Source of the DNA: a virus
Taxonomy: Duplodnaviria > Caudoviricetes
Virus record (IMG/VR): IMGVR_UViG_3300031992_000028
Direction: 5' to 3' (one strand)
Length of the DNA stretch: 64,000 bases
The notes below the pieces were generated by a model that was not told where the DNA came from, did not search any database, and saw only the letters and a program-made list of their open reading frames with translations. Made by a program: the position numbers and the translations under genes. Each line of letters begins with the position of its first letter. Positions within the stretch are counted from its first letter, which is position 1. Positions 22,396 through 32,333 of this stretch are shown here, in pieces.

Positions 22396-22461
22396 TGAAT
22401 CTATGTGCGCGATGGAGAGAAACGTACGTGCGTACGTATACATGCATATGCGCGTTTCTTT

Positions 22462-22533
22462 TTAATAAATTATTAAATCATTAAATTATTAAATTAATAA
22501 ATCATTAAATTATTAAATTAATAAATTATTAAA
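22462..22533 (+). repeat. 9 x 8-bp tandem repeat (TYAWTAAA), inverted relative to 20116-20171
   Basis: ttaataaa ttattaaa tcattaaa ... Confidence 0.85.
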
Positions 22534-22588
22534 AATATTGTTTACTTGTCATGCAAATCGCGTTATAATATTATAGAGAGGTAAAGTT

Positions 22589-23167
22589 ATGGGAAGAGAT
22601 ACATTAAAAGTTATGGGTGCTTCAAACCACTGTGATGAAGAACGTTCTAAGTTAGATTACTATGGAACTGACCCTCGTTCAACTAAAGCTTTATTAGCAG
22701 TAGAACAATTCGACCACGAAATTTGGGAACCATGTGCTGGACACCACTTAATGGTTAATACACTTATCGAAGCAGGATATCATGTGTTAGCTACTGACAT
22801 CGCAGAATATGATGGTGTTCAACATGCTAAGATGAATTTCCTAGACGTTGAAGGAAGTTGGGATGGAGATATCATTACTAACCCACCATATGGACTATCA
22901 ACTGAATTTGCAGTTAAAGCATTAGAGTTGGTAAAACCTGGACATAAAGTTGCGATGTTCCTACGAACCTTATTCTTAGAAGGAACAAAGAGATATGAGA
23001 AACTCTTTAAGGAAAACCCACCAAAAACTGTTTATGTCTTCACAAATCGTCAGGTGTCTGATAAGAATGATGACTTCAACAAAGGTTCAGCAGTTAGTTA
23101 TTCCTGGTTTGTCTGGGAAAAAGGTTATACTGGACCAACACAAATAAAGTGGATAAGTTCTAAGTAA
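22589..23167 (+). CDS. DNA amino-methyltransferase (N6-adenine type)
   Basis: IWEPCAG and IITNPPY motifs. Confidence 0.85.
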   Translation: MGRDTLKVMGASNHCDEERSKLDYYGTDPRSTKALLAVEQFDHEIWEPCAGHHLMVNTLIEAGYHVLATDIAEYDGVQHAKMNFLDVEGSWDGDIITNPPYGLSTEFAVKALELVKPGHKVAMFLRTLFLEGTKRYEKLFKENPPKTVYVFTNRQVSDKNDDFNKGSAVSYSWFVWEKGYTGPTQIKWISSK

Positions 23168-23218
23168 AATTAGAACTTTTTTATTTACTTTATCTATATT
23201 GTATGTTATAATATAGTT

Positions 23219-23392
23219 ATGAAACAGAAGATTAAGATTATTGACAAAGTTACTGGAAAGACTCTTGAAAAAGAAGTAGAAATTCGAAATCAAGATCATT
23301 TCAATGTGCAATTAAAAACTCGTGCACATATTTTTCGTAATCGTAAAAAATATAATCGTAAAATTAAACATAGACAGAAAGAAGAGGAATAA
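23219..23392 (+). CDS. Small basic protein with ArfA-like C-terminus
   Basis: 57 aa ending HIFRNRKKYNRKIKHR; own early promoter, leaderless. Confidence 0.6.
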   Translation: MKQKIKIIDKVTGKTLEKEVEIRNQDHFNVQLKTRAHIFRNRKKYNRKIKHRQKEEE

Positions 23393-23395
23393 AAA

Positions 23396-23824
23396 ATGGA
23401 AATGGAACAAATTGATTTATCAGATCCAAAGAAATTTTTTGAAGAGCTTGTAAAGAAAGCATTAGAAGGTAAACAATCTAATTTCGAATTTATCAGAAGC
23501 TATGGTATGCTTTCTGTTGCAAGACTTTATAGAAAAGGAACCAAGAGGGTTGCAAAAGTATTTAAAAATTTATGTAAAGAAATTCTTGACAATTATTCTA
23601 AGTTAATTATTACAGATGAACAAAAAATTGATATGCTATTAGCCTATAAACAATTTGAGTCCTGTAGAGATTATTATTTAAAGGAATATGCAATCGCGAA
23701 AGATATGATTTCAGAATATCGAACATATGTATTTAGTGGTCATATACTTGAAATGCTCTCTGGTGGTTATAGGTCTGATTATGAGTGTGTAGATTATAGA
23801 AAACTACCTTGGAAACTATTTTAA
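23396..23824 (+). CDS. Hypothetical early protein
   Basis: GAGG RBS. Confidence 0.7.
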   Translation: MEMEQIDLSDPKKFFEELVKKALEGKQSNFEFIRSYGMLSVARLYRKGTKRVAKVFKNLCKEILDNYSKLIITDEQKIDMLLAYKQFESCRDYYLKEYAIAKDMISEYRTYVFSGHILEMLSGGYRSDYECVDYRKLPWKLF

Positions 23825-23836
23825 AGAGGAGGCTAT

Positions 23837-23989
23837 ATGGAAACAAAAATTTTAGAGCTTACTAAAGATGAAGCTGAGATGCTAGAATCTTATTTATTTA
23901 GAAAACAGATAAATTTAGAGAATGCAAATTTAACTGATTCGAAATGCTACCCACTAATTTGTAGTATCAGAGAAAAGTTAAAAAAGTAG
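23837..23989 (+). CDS. Hypothetical protein (50 aa)
   Basis: GAGGAGG RBS. Confidence 0.65.
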   Translation: METKILELTKDEAEMLESYLFRKQINLENANLTDSKCYPLICSIREKLKK

Positions 23990-24040
23990 TTTACATTTAC
24001 GCACTAATGTGTTATAATATTATTAGAGGAGAATAATAAT

Positions 24041-24250
24041 ATGAAAGTTCAAAGTTCAACAATTTCAGACATTGATAGAGAAGTAATTAAAGGCGAGTTA
24101 TTCTTAAAAGTTACATTTACAAATGGTAGAGAATATCTTTACGAAGGTGTGCCAGCAAATGTATATGAAGAATTCTTAACTTCAGAAAGTAAAGGCAAAT
24201 TCTTACACGAGAATATCGTTGGCCGATATAATTATTCAAGAATTAAATAA
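24041..24250 (+). CDS. KTSC-domain protein
   Basis: VQSSTI...L.VTF.NGREY.YEGVP..VY..F..SESKGKF. Confidence 0.85.
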   Translation: MKVQSSTISDIDREVIKGELFLKVTFTNGREYLYEGVPANVYEEFLTSESKGKFLHENIVGRYNYSRIK

Positions 24251-24337
24251 AAAAACTATTTACAAATAACCGAATTTGTGTTATAATAATAGTGTAAGGT
24301 GGAATGGCGACCACCTAAAAAAACGGAGGTAAACAAA

Positions 24338-24694
24338 ATGGCTAAAACTTACATGACTGGTTGGGGTATGCGTGGAGAGCGCACCGCAAGAGGCGGACGT
24401 GACGGAGTTCACTGTTCAGCACAATCTTATGACGGTTCAGTAATCGTCAGCAATCGCTATGTCAAAGATGACAATGGCAATGAACACTTAGAGATCAGAG
24501 TTGGAACAAACGACGGATCAAGTTGTTATTCTGATTGGAATTCACCAGATTTCATTGGAACTCTTGATGAATTCAAGGCACTCTTACAACTTCGTAAAGA
24601 CATTAAAGAAGGTAAAGTGTCTGTTGTTAGACATCGTGATCCTGATGGTTCAAAGAAACTTAAGAAACAAATGGCCTATTTAGGCATTAAATAA
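24338..24694 (+). CDS. Hypothetical early protein
   Basis: GGAGGT RBS; own promoter and terminator. Confidence 0.75.
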   Translation: MAKTYMTGWGMRGERTARGGRDGVHCSAQSYDGSVIVSNRYVKDDNGNEHLEIRVGTNDGSSCYSDWNSPDFIGTLDEFKALLQLRKDIKEGKVSVVRHRDPDGSKKLKKQMAYLGIK

Positions 24695-24794
24695 TGACAT
24701 CCTCTCTTTCTGAAAAGTTGGTCTGTAAAAAGATCAACTTTTTATTTACTTTTTTTCAAAAACATGTTATAATAATAGTAGAGAGGTGAGAGAT

Positions 24795-25211
24795 ATGAAA
24801 GATAAAGAATTAGCAAAACAAGAATATCTTGAAATGATCAAGCAGTCCTGGACTTGGGCTAAACTTACAGAAGAGGAAAGAGAAAAGTTTTCTGAGCTAT
24901 TGGAACATCCTTGTTCAGCAGTAGTCATTAAAGGAAACTACGAACAACGTTGGGAAGCATGCGAAGCTTTATACCACACTTACTTAGAAGGGCTTGGATA
25001 TGACCCACTTGAGTGGAGAGAAGCTCAACCAACTGTTTCTACATTCTATGAGTTAAACTATAAGACTCATGGCGAACCAGTGCCACCACTTCAAATAACA
25101 AATGAAGTTCAAGCAAAGCGTTTGGCAAAAGCAGCAACCATTATGAATGGAAATACAAATGTTTCATTAACTAAAGTTGATTTAGTTACTACAAAAGTGA
25201 GGTTAGACTAA
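24795..25211 (+). CDS. Hypothetical early protein
   Basis: GAGAGGTG RBS; TTTACT..TATAAT promoter. Confidence 0.75.
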   Translation: MKDKELAKQEYLEMIKQSWTWAKLTEEEREKFSELLEHPCSAVVIKGNYEQRWEACEALYHTYLEGLGYDPLEWREAQPTVSTFYELNYKTHGEPVPPLQITNEVQAKRLAKAATIMNGNTNVSLTKVDLVTTKVRLD

Positions 25212-25213
25212 TT

Positions 25214-25744
25214 ATGTTAAAAGAATATAAAATTAAAGTAACTTCAGTAGATTACAGCATTACTTACGAAGACCTTAACTTCGACCCATTTGATTCTGTT
25301 TTCAATAGCGATGATGATATGGACGAAGCAGAGAGACAAGCTGATGAAGAAATTGCTAAGATTAAAGCAGAATTGCCACAAGAATTAGAATTGGAAATTA
25401 CTTGTGAACCAGAAGACCTTGAGGACGAAATAGCTGATGCCATTAGTGATGAGACTGGTTGGCTTAACAACTCATTTACTTATGAAATTATCAGTGAAGA
25501 AGATGCAGGAGGCCACTATAATGAAGATGGCTACTGGGTGGCTGATGATGATGACTATGAAGAAGATGAAGAAAGTGCATCAGACTTCTTTGAAAATATC
25601 GAAATTGAAGTGAAAGGTCATACAGTGTATTTGGCGCACGACGGTAGTAGTGGTTGTGAGTATGAGTTCAAGAGCAAAGATGAACTAAAACAAATCATTG
25701 CTGACTATGTTGCTGACGTAATTGACTACGATTACGAAGACTAA
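25214..25744 (+). CDS. Highly acidic hypothetical protein
   Basis: D/E-rich ORF with RBS. Confidence 0.75.
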   Translation: MLKEYKIKVTSVDYSITYEDLNFDPFDSVFNSDDDMDEAERQADEEIAKIKAELPQELELEITCEPEDLEDEIADAISDETGWLNNSFTYEIISEEDAGGHYNEDGYWVADDDDYEEDEESASDFFENIEIEVKGHTVYLAHDGSSGCEYEFKSKDELKQIIADYVADVIDYDYED

Positions 25745-25829
25745 TAAAAAATTAAGTAAATTGTGTAAAAACAGTTTACTTTTTTTCATATTTGTGATAT
25801 AATAATAGTATAAGAGAGGTAATTAAAAT

Positions 25830-26345
25830 ATGGAATTAAATGGAAAAACATTAGAAGAAGTTCTAAACACTGAATTAGTTGGTAAGGATGTTGGTTATTC
25901 ACATTGGAACTTTACCGGCGCATTGATGAAAGTTATTCGTATCTTAGCAAAAGATGCTGGCTTAAATGAGTTAGACTTTAGTTATAAAACACAAGGCACT
26001 AATTCAGTGTATCTCACATACAAAGGTGTAAGTTTTGGCGATGCTACATTTCAAAAGCAAAAAGGTAAATATCATTATGGAAGTTATGAATGGACTTTCA
26101 AAAAAATATTTGTTAACTTATGGAATGAAGACGGTTATTCAAGTTACAAAGGTTTAACTTTCTTAGAAATGATTGCTAAGATCAATGAGGAGTTAGATGT
26201 TAAGAAAACTAGAGAGCAAGCCAAACTTGAACAAGCAAAACAAATTTTTCAACTGATTAAAGAAAAAATTGGTGCTAAAGACGATTACGAAGTTAGTTAT
26301 TTCATTGAGTATATGAATAAAAACAGATATTCACTTCGTCAATAA
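25830..26345 (+). CDS. Hypothetical early protein
   Basis: GAGAGGT RBS; own promoter. Confidence 0.75.
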   Translation: MELNGKTLEEVLNTELVGKDVGYSHWNFTGALMKVIRILAKDAGLNELDFSYKTQGTNSVYLTYKGVSFGDATFQKQKGKYHYGSYEWTFKKIFVNLWNEDGYSSYKGLTFLEMIAKINEELDVKKTREQAKLEQAKQIFQLIKEKIGAKDDYEVSYFIEYMNKNRYSLRQ

Positions 26346-26437
26346 TTCTTATAAAAATTTAAGTAAATTCTTCAAAAAAGGGTTTACTTTTTTATTAAAA
26401 TATGTTATAATTATAATAGAGAGAGGTTAAGAGAACT

Positions 26438-26767
26438 ATGAAAAAATACTTAATTCATTTTATGAGTGTTGATACCCCAAGCGTTGAAGACGATGGTATT
26501 GATGCAGGAACTGGTTTTGGAATTTTAGACAAAACCTTTGACACAAAAGAAGATGCTGAAAAGTATCTTGAAGAAACTTTGATTCCAGAAGACCAAGCCA
26601 ATTTGGAAGATTGCTACGGAATTACTGATGATCCTGAACTTGCTGACAGTTATGAGTTTTCTGTTGAAGACGGTAGTTATGATAGAAAGCAATTAGTTGT
26701 TTACGATAAGTTTGACGGAAATGAACTTAATACAACTATCTACGAAGTTGTGGAGGTTGAATTTTAA
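26438..26767 (+). CDS. Acidic hypothetical early protein
   Basis: GAGAGGT RBS; own promoter. Confidence 0.75.
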   Translation: MKKYLIHFMSVDTPSVEDDGIDAGTGFGILDKTFDTKEDAEKYLEETLIPEDQANLEDCYGITDDPELADSYEFSVEDGSYDRKQLVVYDKFDGNELNTTIYEVVEVEF

Positions 26768-26940
26768 TGAGAACAGTTTATATTGTCGTTAAAGACGGAA
26801 TTATTCAAGATGCTTATGCAGACCATCTCACTGATTTAGTGGTATTAGATTATGATACCCAAGATGAAGAAATGATTAAGCAACTTGATAAAGAACTTGC
26901 TAAGATTAAAGAAAGCAATGATTGTATTGAAATTCTATAA
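26767..26940 (+). CDS. Hypothetical protein (57 aa)
   Basis: GGAGG RBS; TAATG coupling. Confidence 0.65.
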   Translation: MRTVYIVVKDGIIQDAYADHLTDLVVLDYDTQDEEMIKQLDKELAKIKESNDCIEIL

Positions 26941-26953
26941 AGAGGAAATACAT

Positions 26954-27205
26954 ATGGAATTCGGAAAATTAGAACAAGAAGAATTTGAAAAAAGATGTGA
27001 AGAAGTATTTGACACTCAAGAAGATGAAGAATACTATGGAATTCGCATTGAAGACGACGGTCAAGTTTACATTGAGATGGGCGAGACTGGAAGCAAGGCA
27101 GAAGGTTTTAAGTGGGTTTACTTTGATTACAAACCTGATATGACAGAAAGACCAGAAGCATTAGATTACTTAATGGGAAAGAGAGACGATTTCAATGATT
27201 GATAA
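26954..27205 (+). CDS. Acidic hypothetical protein (ends TGA-TAA)
   Basis: GAGGA RBS. Confidence 0.7.
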
Positions 27206-27461
27206 TGTTGTTTATGTTATTGTAGATTGTTGCAGTGGTGAAGATTACAGCACTGACGATCCAACAGTATTATTTGTTACTAATGATTTAGAAACTGGAA
27301 TTCAATTCTTTGAAAATGAAATTGAAAACTGGGAAGATGGAATGACTGATTTCGACAGCCACAGAGAAATTCATGAAGATGGAAAGATCATTTATGAATG
27401 CACTGACTTTGAAGGTGATTCACATAGAATCTTAAAGTTAGTTAAAACAATAGTTGAATAA
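27195..27461 (+). CDS. Acidic hypothetical protein
   Basis: ORF track; in operon. Confidence 0.7.
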   Translation: MIDNVVYVIVDCCSGEDYSTDDPTVLFVTNDLETGIQFFENEIENWEDGMTDFDSHREIHEDGKIIYECTDFEGDSHRILKLVKTIVE

Positions 27462-27468
27462 AAATTAA

Positions 27469-27504
27469 AAAAGCCGTTTACAAATGCGGCTTTTTATGTT
27501 ATAA
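27469..27504 (+). promoter_or_regulatory. Overlapping terminator and early sigma70-type promoter (representative of many)
   Basis: AAAAGCCG-TTTACA-AATG-CGGCTTTTT-ATGT-TATAAT; the -35 box lies inside the hairpin. Confidence 0.8.
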
Positions 27505-27531
27505 TATTAATAGAGAGTTGAGGTAATTACT

Positions 27532-27981
27532 ATGAATAAAAAGAATATTGTTACAAAAGAAAACATTGCTAAAGTTGCTGGTTGGTTAAAGACAGCTTGT
27601 GATGACTTTGCAAATAATGATGCAAGCGGTTGCTATAATTTCCCACTATCTGATGACTTAGTATTGGCAGTTGGCTGGTCTGATGGTTATGACATGGCTG
27701 ATACTGATATTATCAAATCTAAAGAAGGTCAAAGACAACATGGTTCTTGGGTTTGTGGTTGGGCAGTAAATGCGGCAGTTAAAGTTAGAAATGACTTCGA
27801 TTGTGCTGACTTCGATATGTTAAACTATCCTTGCTATAATGATGGTGAATGCTGGGACAGTGGAATTTCCATGAAACCAAATCAAACTCGTAGAGAGTAT
27901 CGTAGAGACGCTCGTTGGTTCTTAGAAACATTTGTGTCTATGACAAATGCTCACAAGAGAGGTGAAATTAGTTATGAGTAA
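27532..27981 (+). CDS. Hypothetical early protein
   Basis: GAGGT RBS; 6 Trp, all TGG. Confidence 0.75.
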   Translation: MNKKNIVTKENIAKVAGWLKTACDDFANNDASGCYNFPLSDDLVLAVGWSDGYDMADTDIIKSKEGQRQHGSWVCGWAVNAAVKVRNDFDCADFDMLNYPCYNDGECWDSGISMKPNQTRREYRRDARWFLETFVSMTNAHKRGEISYE

Positions 27982-28144
27982 AGAAGAGACATATACAATT
28001 ATTGTTCATTTTTCTGGACATGAAGATCAAGTTCGACATGGTGTTGATAAATTAAATGCTAGTATAATTCCCGCTGAATTCGAAATAGCATTCCCAAAAG
28101 AATTCAAGAGTGGAAAGATGAGTATTGAAGTAATTAAAGAATAA
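27974..28144 (+). CDS. Hypothetical protein
   Basis: GAGGTG RBS. Confidence 0.65.
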   Translation: MSKEETYTIIVHFSGHEDQVRHGVDKLNASIIPAEFEIAFPKEFKSGKMSIEVIKE

Positions 28145-28204
28145 ATTAAATAACCCGTTTACAGAAGCGGGTTTTTGTGTTATAATAATAATGAGGAAAA
28201 TAAT

Positions 28205-28741
28205 ATGATTAAATTAAAACAAGTTAGTCCTGAAAATGTTTGGTATGAATTCGAAGACGAAGTTGACTTTGATCAATACAAAGATAAAATGGTTATCACT
28301 GGGAATAGAGACTTCAAGTCTATCGGTGATGATACTTTAATCAGTGTTGTTAAAGGCGATTACTATGATGAAGATCAAACTTTAGTCGAGAATCCTGATG
28401 GTAGTTGCTACGAAGATACTATCGGATATGACTACGAAACAGCAGAAGAATTAGCAAAGCTTTCTGGTAAGAAAAACTGGGTGGAAGGCGACTTCCGCGG
28501 ATACTCACAAGGCGATTGGCAAACTATCTGGTTCGTTAAAGATGAAGTTACTCAAGATGAAATTAAATACATGGAAAACTTCTACATGGGCAAGATGAGT
28601 GAATTTCATGATGAAGATATGTGTTGCTACTATGTGCCCGATGATGTAGTATGGAAAGGCAAGAAAGAAATTTGTGACTACCTTGGGCTCAACCCCGATG
28701 ACACAGAGATTTATGATGAAAATGAAAATTTAGTTGAATAA
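28205..28741 (+). CDS. Acidic hypothetical early protein
   Basis: GAGG RBS; RGYSQGDW. Confidence 0.75.
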   Translation: MIKLKQVSPENVWYEFEDEVDFDQYKDKMVITGNRDFKSIGDDTLISVVKGDYYDEDQTLVENPDGSCYEDTIGYDYETAEELAKLSGKKNWVEGDFRGYSQGDWQTIWFVKDEVTQDEIKYMENFYMGKMSEFHDEDMCCYYVPDDVVWKGKKEICDYLGLNPDDTEIYDENENLVE

Positions 28742-28797
28742 ACTATTTACATTTTCTATTTTTCGTGTTATAATATATTTGAAGAGAGGTAAGAAGT

Positions 28798-29202
28798 ATG
28801 GGCTTTAATAAAATTAGAACCATTAGAGTTAGCGAAAGAGTATTTGATATTGTCTGTGAGGCTTTAGATAATGAGGCAACAGAAAATTATGTTAAAATTT
28901 CCGGATACTTAGAATGCTTTAACAATTGCAGAGAACAAGGTTATGTCCTTCATGTTGATTCAGTTGATTGGGACAATCCTAATAAAACTAAAAAAGATTT
29001 ATGTGTTTGGGCTTTTGAAGCAAGAAGTTCAGATGAGATCGTCGTAAGTTGGCAAACTGAATATCCACACAACGGAATGTTCAGCGAAGAAACTTATAAA
29101 GAACGCAGAAAATATTTCCATTATGATGAACTTCAAAAAGCAGCAGACTTTATTATCGATTTAGTTAAAGAACATTTTGCCAATGAATTCAGAGGTGAAT
29201 AA
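28798..29202 (+). CDS. Hypothetical early protein
   Basis: GAGAGGT RBS; own promoter. Confidence 0.75.
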   Translation: MGFNKIRTIRVSERVFDIVCEALDNEATENYVKISGYLECFNNCREQGYVLHVDSVDWDNPNKTKKDLCVWAFEARSSDEIVVSWQTEYPHNGMFSEETYKERRKYFHYDELQKAADFIIDLVKEHFANEFRGE

Positions 29203-29203
29203 T

Positions 29204-29539
29204 ATGAAAGACGAATTTGACGAATTATTAGAAGAATTAAATTTAGAAAACTTTGGTGAAGACTTCGATGTTAAGCCAGCTATATATCAAGTGTGGATGT
29301 TAGGCTACAATGAAGATGAAGCTATTACTGATTATGAAGTAATGGTTAATGAATCTAAAGACGCCGAATATGCAGTGGAATATGCTAAGAAATTCGTAGA
29401 AGAAAAACGTTATGAGTCTTCAGCGCCATTCCCAGAAGATGTTGCTTACATCGAAATATTAGTCGAGACTGTTGTGGATTTTGAAGATCACACAGAAAAT
29501 GTCGGAACTTTATTTACAACAACTGTAAAAGTGAAATAA
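29204..29539 (+). CDS. Acidic hypothetical protein
   Basis: GAGGTG RBS. Confidence 0.75.
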   Translation: MKDEFDELLEELNLENFGEDFDVKPAIYQVWMLGYNEDEAITDYEVMVNESKDAEYAVEYAKKFVEEKRYESSAPFPEDVAYIEILVETVVDFEDHTENVGTLFTTTVKVK

Positions 29540-29597
29540 ACTATTTACAAATTAATTTTTACATGTTATAATATAAATGACAATGGAGGACTGATTT

Positions 29598-29882
29598 ATG
29601 GTAAAGTCAAAACATTTAGGAAAGAAATTTGGTCGCTGGACTGTTACAAGAATTAGCAGAGAACGTGATGGACACTATCGTTTCTATTTAACTAGAAAGA
29701 CAAGCGATGGCGCAATTAAGACTGTTGGTTTAACAAATGTTACAATGGCAAGATTAGCTCGTGGTGAAACTAGCATCACAACTTTGTTAAAGAACAAACA
29801 ATTCCAAAGAAACAAATTCCCAAGCAGATCTTATAGAAACTCTGTTTGGTATACTTACAACACAAACGGTAGCTTAGAATAA
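29598..29882 (+). CDS. Small basic hypothetical protein
   Basis: GGAGG RBS; LGKKFGRWTV N-terminus. Confidence 0.75.
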   Translation: MVKSKHLGKKFGRWTVTRISRERDGHYRFYLTRKTSDGAIKTVGLTNVTMARLARGETSITTLLKNKQFQRNKFPSRSYRNSVWYTYNTNGSLE

Positions 29883-29910
29883 CTATCGGTATCGAAAGGA
29901 GGAAGTTGCT

Positions 29911-30828
29911 GTGGCAAGTCAAACATTTAACAACTTCAAGAATTACGCAAATCAATTAGAGAAAGAACTTGGTATTAAATATGATGCTAAGCCTTATAAA
30001 GATACTATCAGGGTTATGCTTGATGGTTTTTGCAAAGCAATGGATGAAGGCGATGAACATCTTAAGAACTTATATATCAGTGGTTTAATCTTACGTCATT
30101 GGGATAAAGTAAAGAAACTTGCAGATAGTTGCCCTGGCATCGATCTTAAAGGCGAAGAGTTCGTCGACTGGGTTTACGAAGCAATTATGCTTGCTTGTGA
30201 ATATCGTAAATGGCAAAAAGACGAAAGTGTCAATGCTCAACAATGTATCAATCAATGTATTGAAACTATCAGGGTTAGACACTACTATGAATATAACTTA
30301 GACAAACACAAAGCGAACTACAATACTGTCTCTTTAGAAACCCCTGTTGGCGATGGAGACGATAATGGTGTTCAAAAAACTTTGATGGATACTATGCATG
30401 ATGAGAATGCGGAAGAAGCTGCTAGAGTAGCAGAAAGTAATAACGCTGCTCGACACATCGTTCAGATGTTTATCAACAAAAACAGAATTGTCGAAGCAAT
30501 TATCATGGACATCATTGCTTTTGGTGATACTGAAAAAATTACTAAACACATTAAACGTGGCATTGACGAAAATGGTGAGGCTTACAAGTATATAACTTAC
30601 ACACGTGAGTTCTGGAAGTTCAAAGCAGTCCAACTTCTTTCAAACTTGCCAGAAGACTACCAACAATACTTCCTTGAAAACTATTTAGTTAATACAGCAG
30701 CATTAGATGCAGCTTTAAACGTGCTTAGAAAGGCCAATAACAACAAATTATACCGTGAGTTAGATAAAAGCCTATCTGCAGCAAAAGTAATCCTACAAGC
30801 GTCTATGTGAGCTGAAAATAATAATTAA
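29911..30828 (+). CDS. Phage sigma70-like RNA polymerase sigma factor (divergent)
   Basis: Region-2-like LILRHWDKVKKLA..GIDL..EFVDWVYEAIMLACEY. Region-3.2-like VSLETPVGDGDD...TLMDTMHD. TGA at 30808, TAA at 30826. Confidence 0.65.
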
Positions 30829-30889
30829 AATAAAACAACCTTCCAAATTGGGAGGTTTTCATGTTGTATAATAAAGTGAGGATTTGATT

Positions 30890-31618
30890 ATGTGGTTAGA
30901 TATAATGAGCCAGTATAATACACTTCAAGTAAATATCAAATTGGCAAATTTACTTGGGTTAGAAGTTGCTACTTATTGGGCGGCATTGATGGATGTGTAT
31001 GCGAGAGTAGTGAATAAATATAAAGATGAGTTAGAAGCGAATTCAGGATATTTTGAACTCGACAGAGACTATATTACTAAGAGAACGACATTACAGTTAG
31101 ACAAACAGTTAGAGATCGATGCAGGACTCGGTAAACTTGGTGTGCTACAACATCGTAGCGAAAACGAACTGAATTGGATCACACTAGATGTAGAAAAGCT
31201 TTGTGCGATCTTAGTAGATGACAGTATCGATGCAATCAGAGATGTTCAACGCGTTTCTAAACTTAGACGAGAAGATACCGCTCGTGCCAAGAAAGCATCG
31301 GTTAGAATTAACTTAGTCGCAGCACTAAAAGAAACTGATCCAGATGTGCTTACTGCTTACAATAACTGGATCGATGCACTGTTAGAAGCTAAGAAGCCGA
31401 TTACTAGACAAGCTTTGGATATATACCAGAATAACTTAAACAATTATACTGATAATAAACAAGCGAAAATTAAAATTCTTGAGATTGCGACAACAAATGC
31501 TTACACTGAATTTGCATGGTCTATGAAGATTTACGAAAAAGATTATCGTGGCAATGGAACATTTATTGGTGTAAAGCAAAATAGAACTAGCGGAATTGAT
31601 CCGAATTCAGGTTTTTAG
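30890..31618 (+). CDS. Putative replication initiator / replisome-organiser-like protein
   Basis: N-terminal winged-helix-like LANLLGLEVATYW...GYF...KRTTL..Q pattern. Confidence 0.5.
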   Translation: MWLDIMSQYNTLQVNIKLANLLGLEVATYWAALMDVYARVVNKYKDELEANSGYFELDRDYITKRTTLQLDKQLEIDAGLGKLGVLQHRSENELNWITLDVEKLCAILVDDSIDAIRDVQRVSKLRREDTARAKKASVRINLVAALKETDPDVLTAYNNWIDALLEAKKPITRQALDIYQNNLNNYTDNKQAKIKILEIATTNAYTEFAWSMKIYEKDYRGNGTFIGVKQNRTSGIDPNSGF

Positions 31619-31630
31619 GAGAAATTTAGT

Positions 31631-31924
31631 ATGAATGAATTTATAGCAAGACGATCATTAGAAGAAGATGCACTTCTAGAATATATTTCGAAAGCAAGAG
31701 TGCTAGATGATCTGTATCATCGAACAGGTGAGTTAGAAGAAACTATTGAAGCGATGGATAAAAACATCGACGATGTTGAGGAAACTGGTTTAGATGAAAT
31801 TGTAGAAGCGATGTGCAAAGCTCGCAATGCACTAAATTTAGAAAGACTTGACCTCGAAATTCAAATTCACAAGTTAGAACTTTGGTTGGCAGAATTTGAA
31901 AGGATAAGACAAATAACCCGATAA
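31631..31924 (+). CDS. Coiled-coil hypothetical protein
   Basis: AGGAG RBS. Confidence 0.7.
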   Translation: MNEFIARRSLEEDALLEYISKARVLDDLYHRTGELEETIEAMDKNIDDVEETGLDEIVEAMCKARNALNLERLDLEIQIHKLELWLAEFERIRQITR

Positions 31925-31944
31925 ATTCGGGTTTTTATTTACGA

Positions 31945-32265
31945 ATTTAGTGTGGTTAGCGGAGCAGTCTAGCGTGATGATCAGGTAACTGATCTGTAAC
32001 ATGTGACTGTAACTTGTACGATGATCTGTAACTGATCTGTAAAATTTGTACGGTCTAGTGAAATCCGCACCGGCATCCTGACACACTAAACAGATGAATC
32101 AGGATACTGATCAGGCTTTCTAGTGCGATGTACAGTAACAGATACAGTAACCAGTGCGATGTATAGTGACAGACAGTAACGATACAGTACTGTGTAACTG
32201 GATTTAGATTCACTAGAACTTGAAAACAGGTTGATTTCGTGCATGTGTATGTGCGTTTCTTTTTA
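31945..32265. repeat. Non-coding GATC/TAGTG degenerate repeat array A
   Basis: GATCTGTAA x3, AGTGCGATGTA x2, CAGTAAC x3, CTAGTG. Confidence 0.7.
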
Positions 32266-32333
32266 ATTAAAAAAAGTATTTACAAATCTTTAGTATTGTG
32301 ATATAATATATATAGAGAGTGAGGAAAGTTATT

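Noticed and set aside
24695-24712. Anti-SD-like CATCCTCTCTTTC in a 3' UTR
   Set aside because: A single short occurrence with no independent promoter; may be chance.
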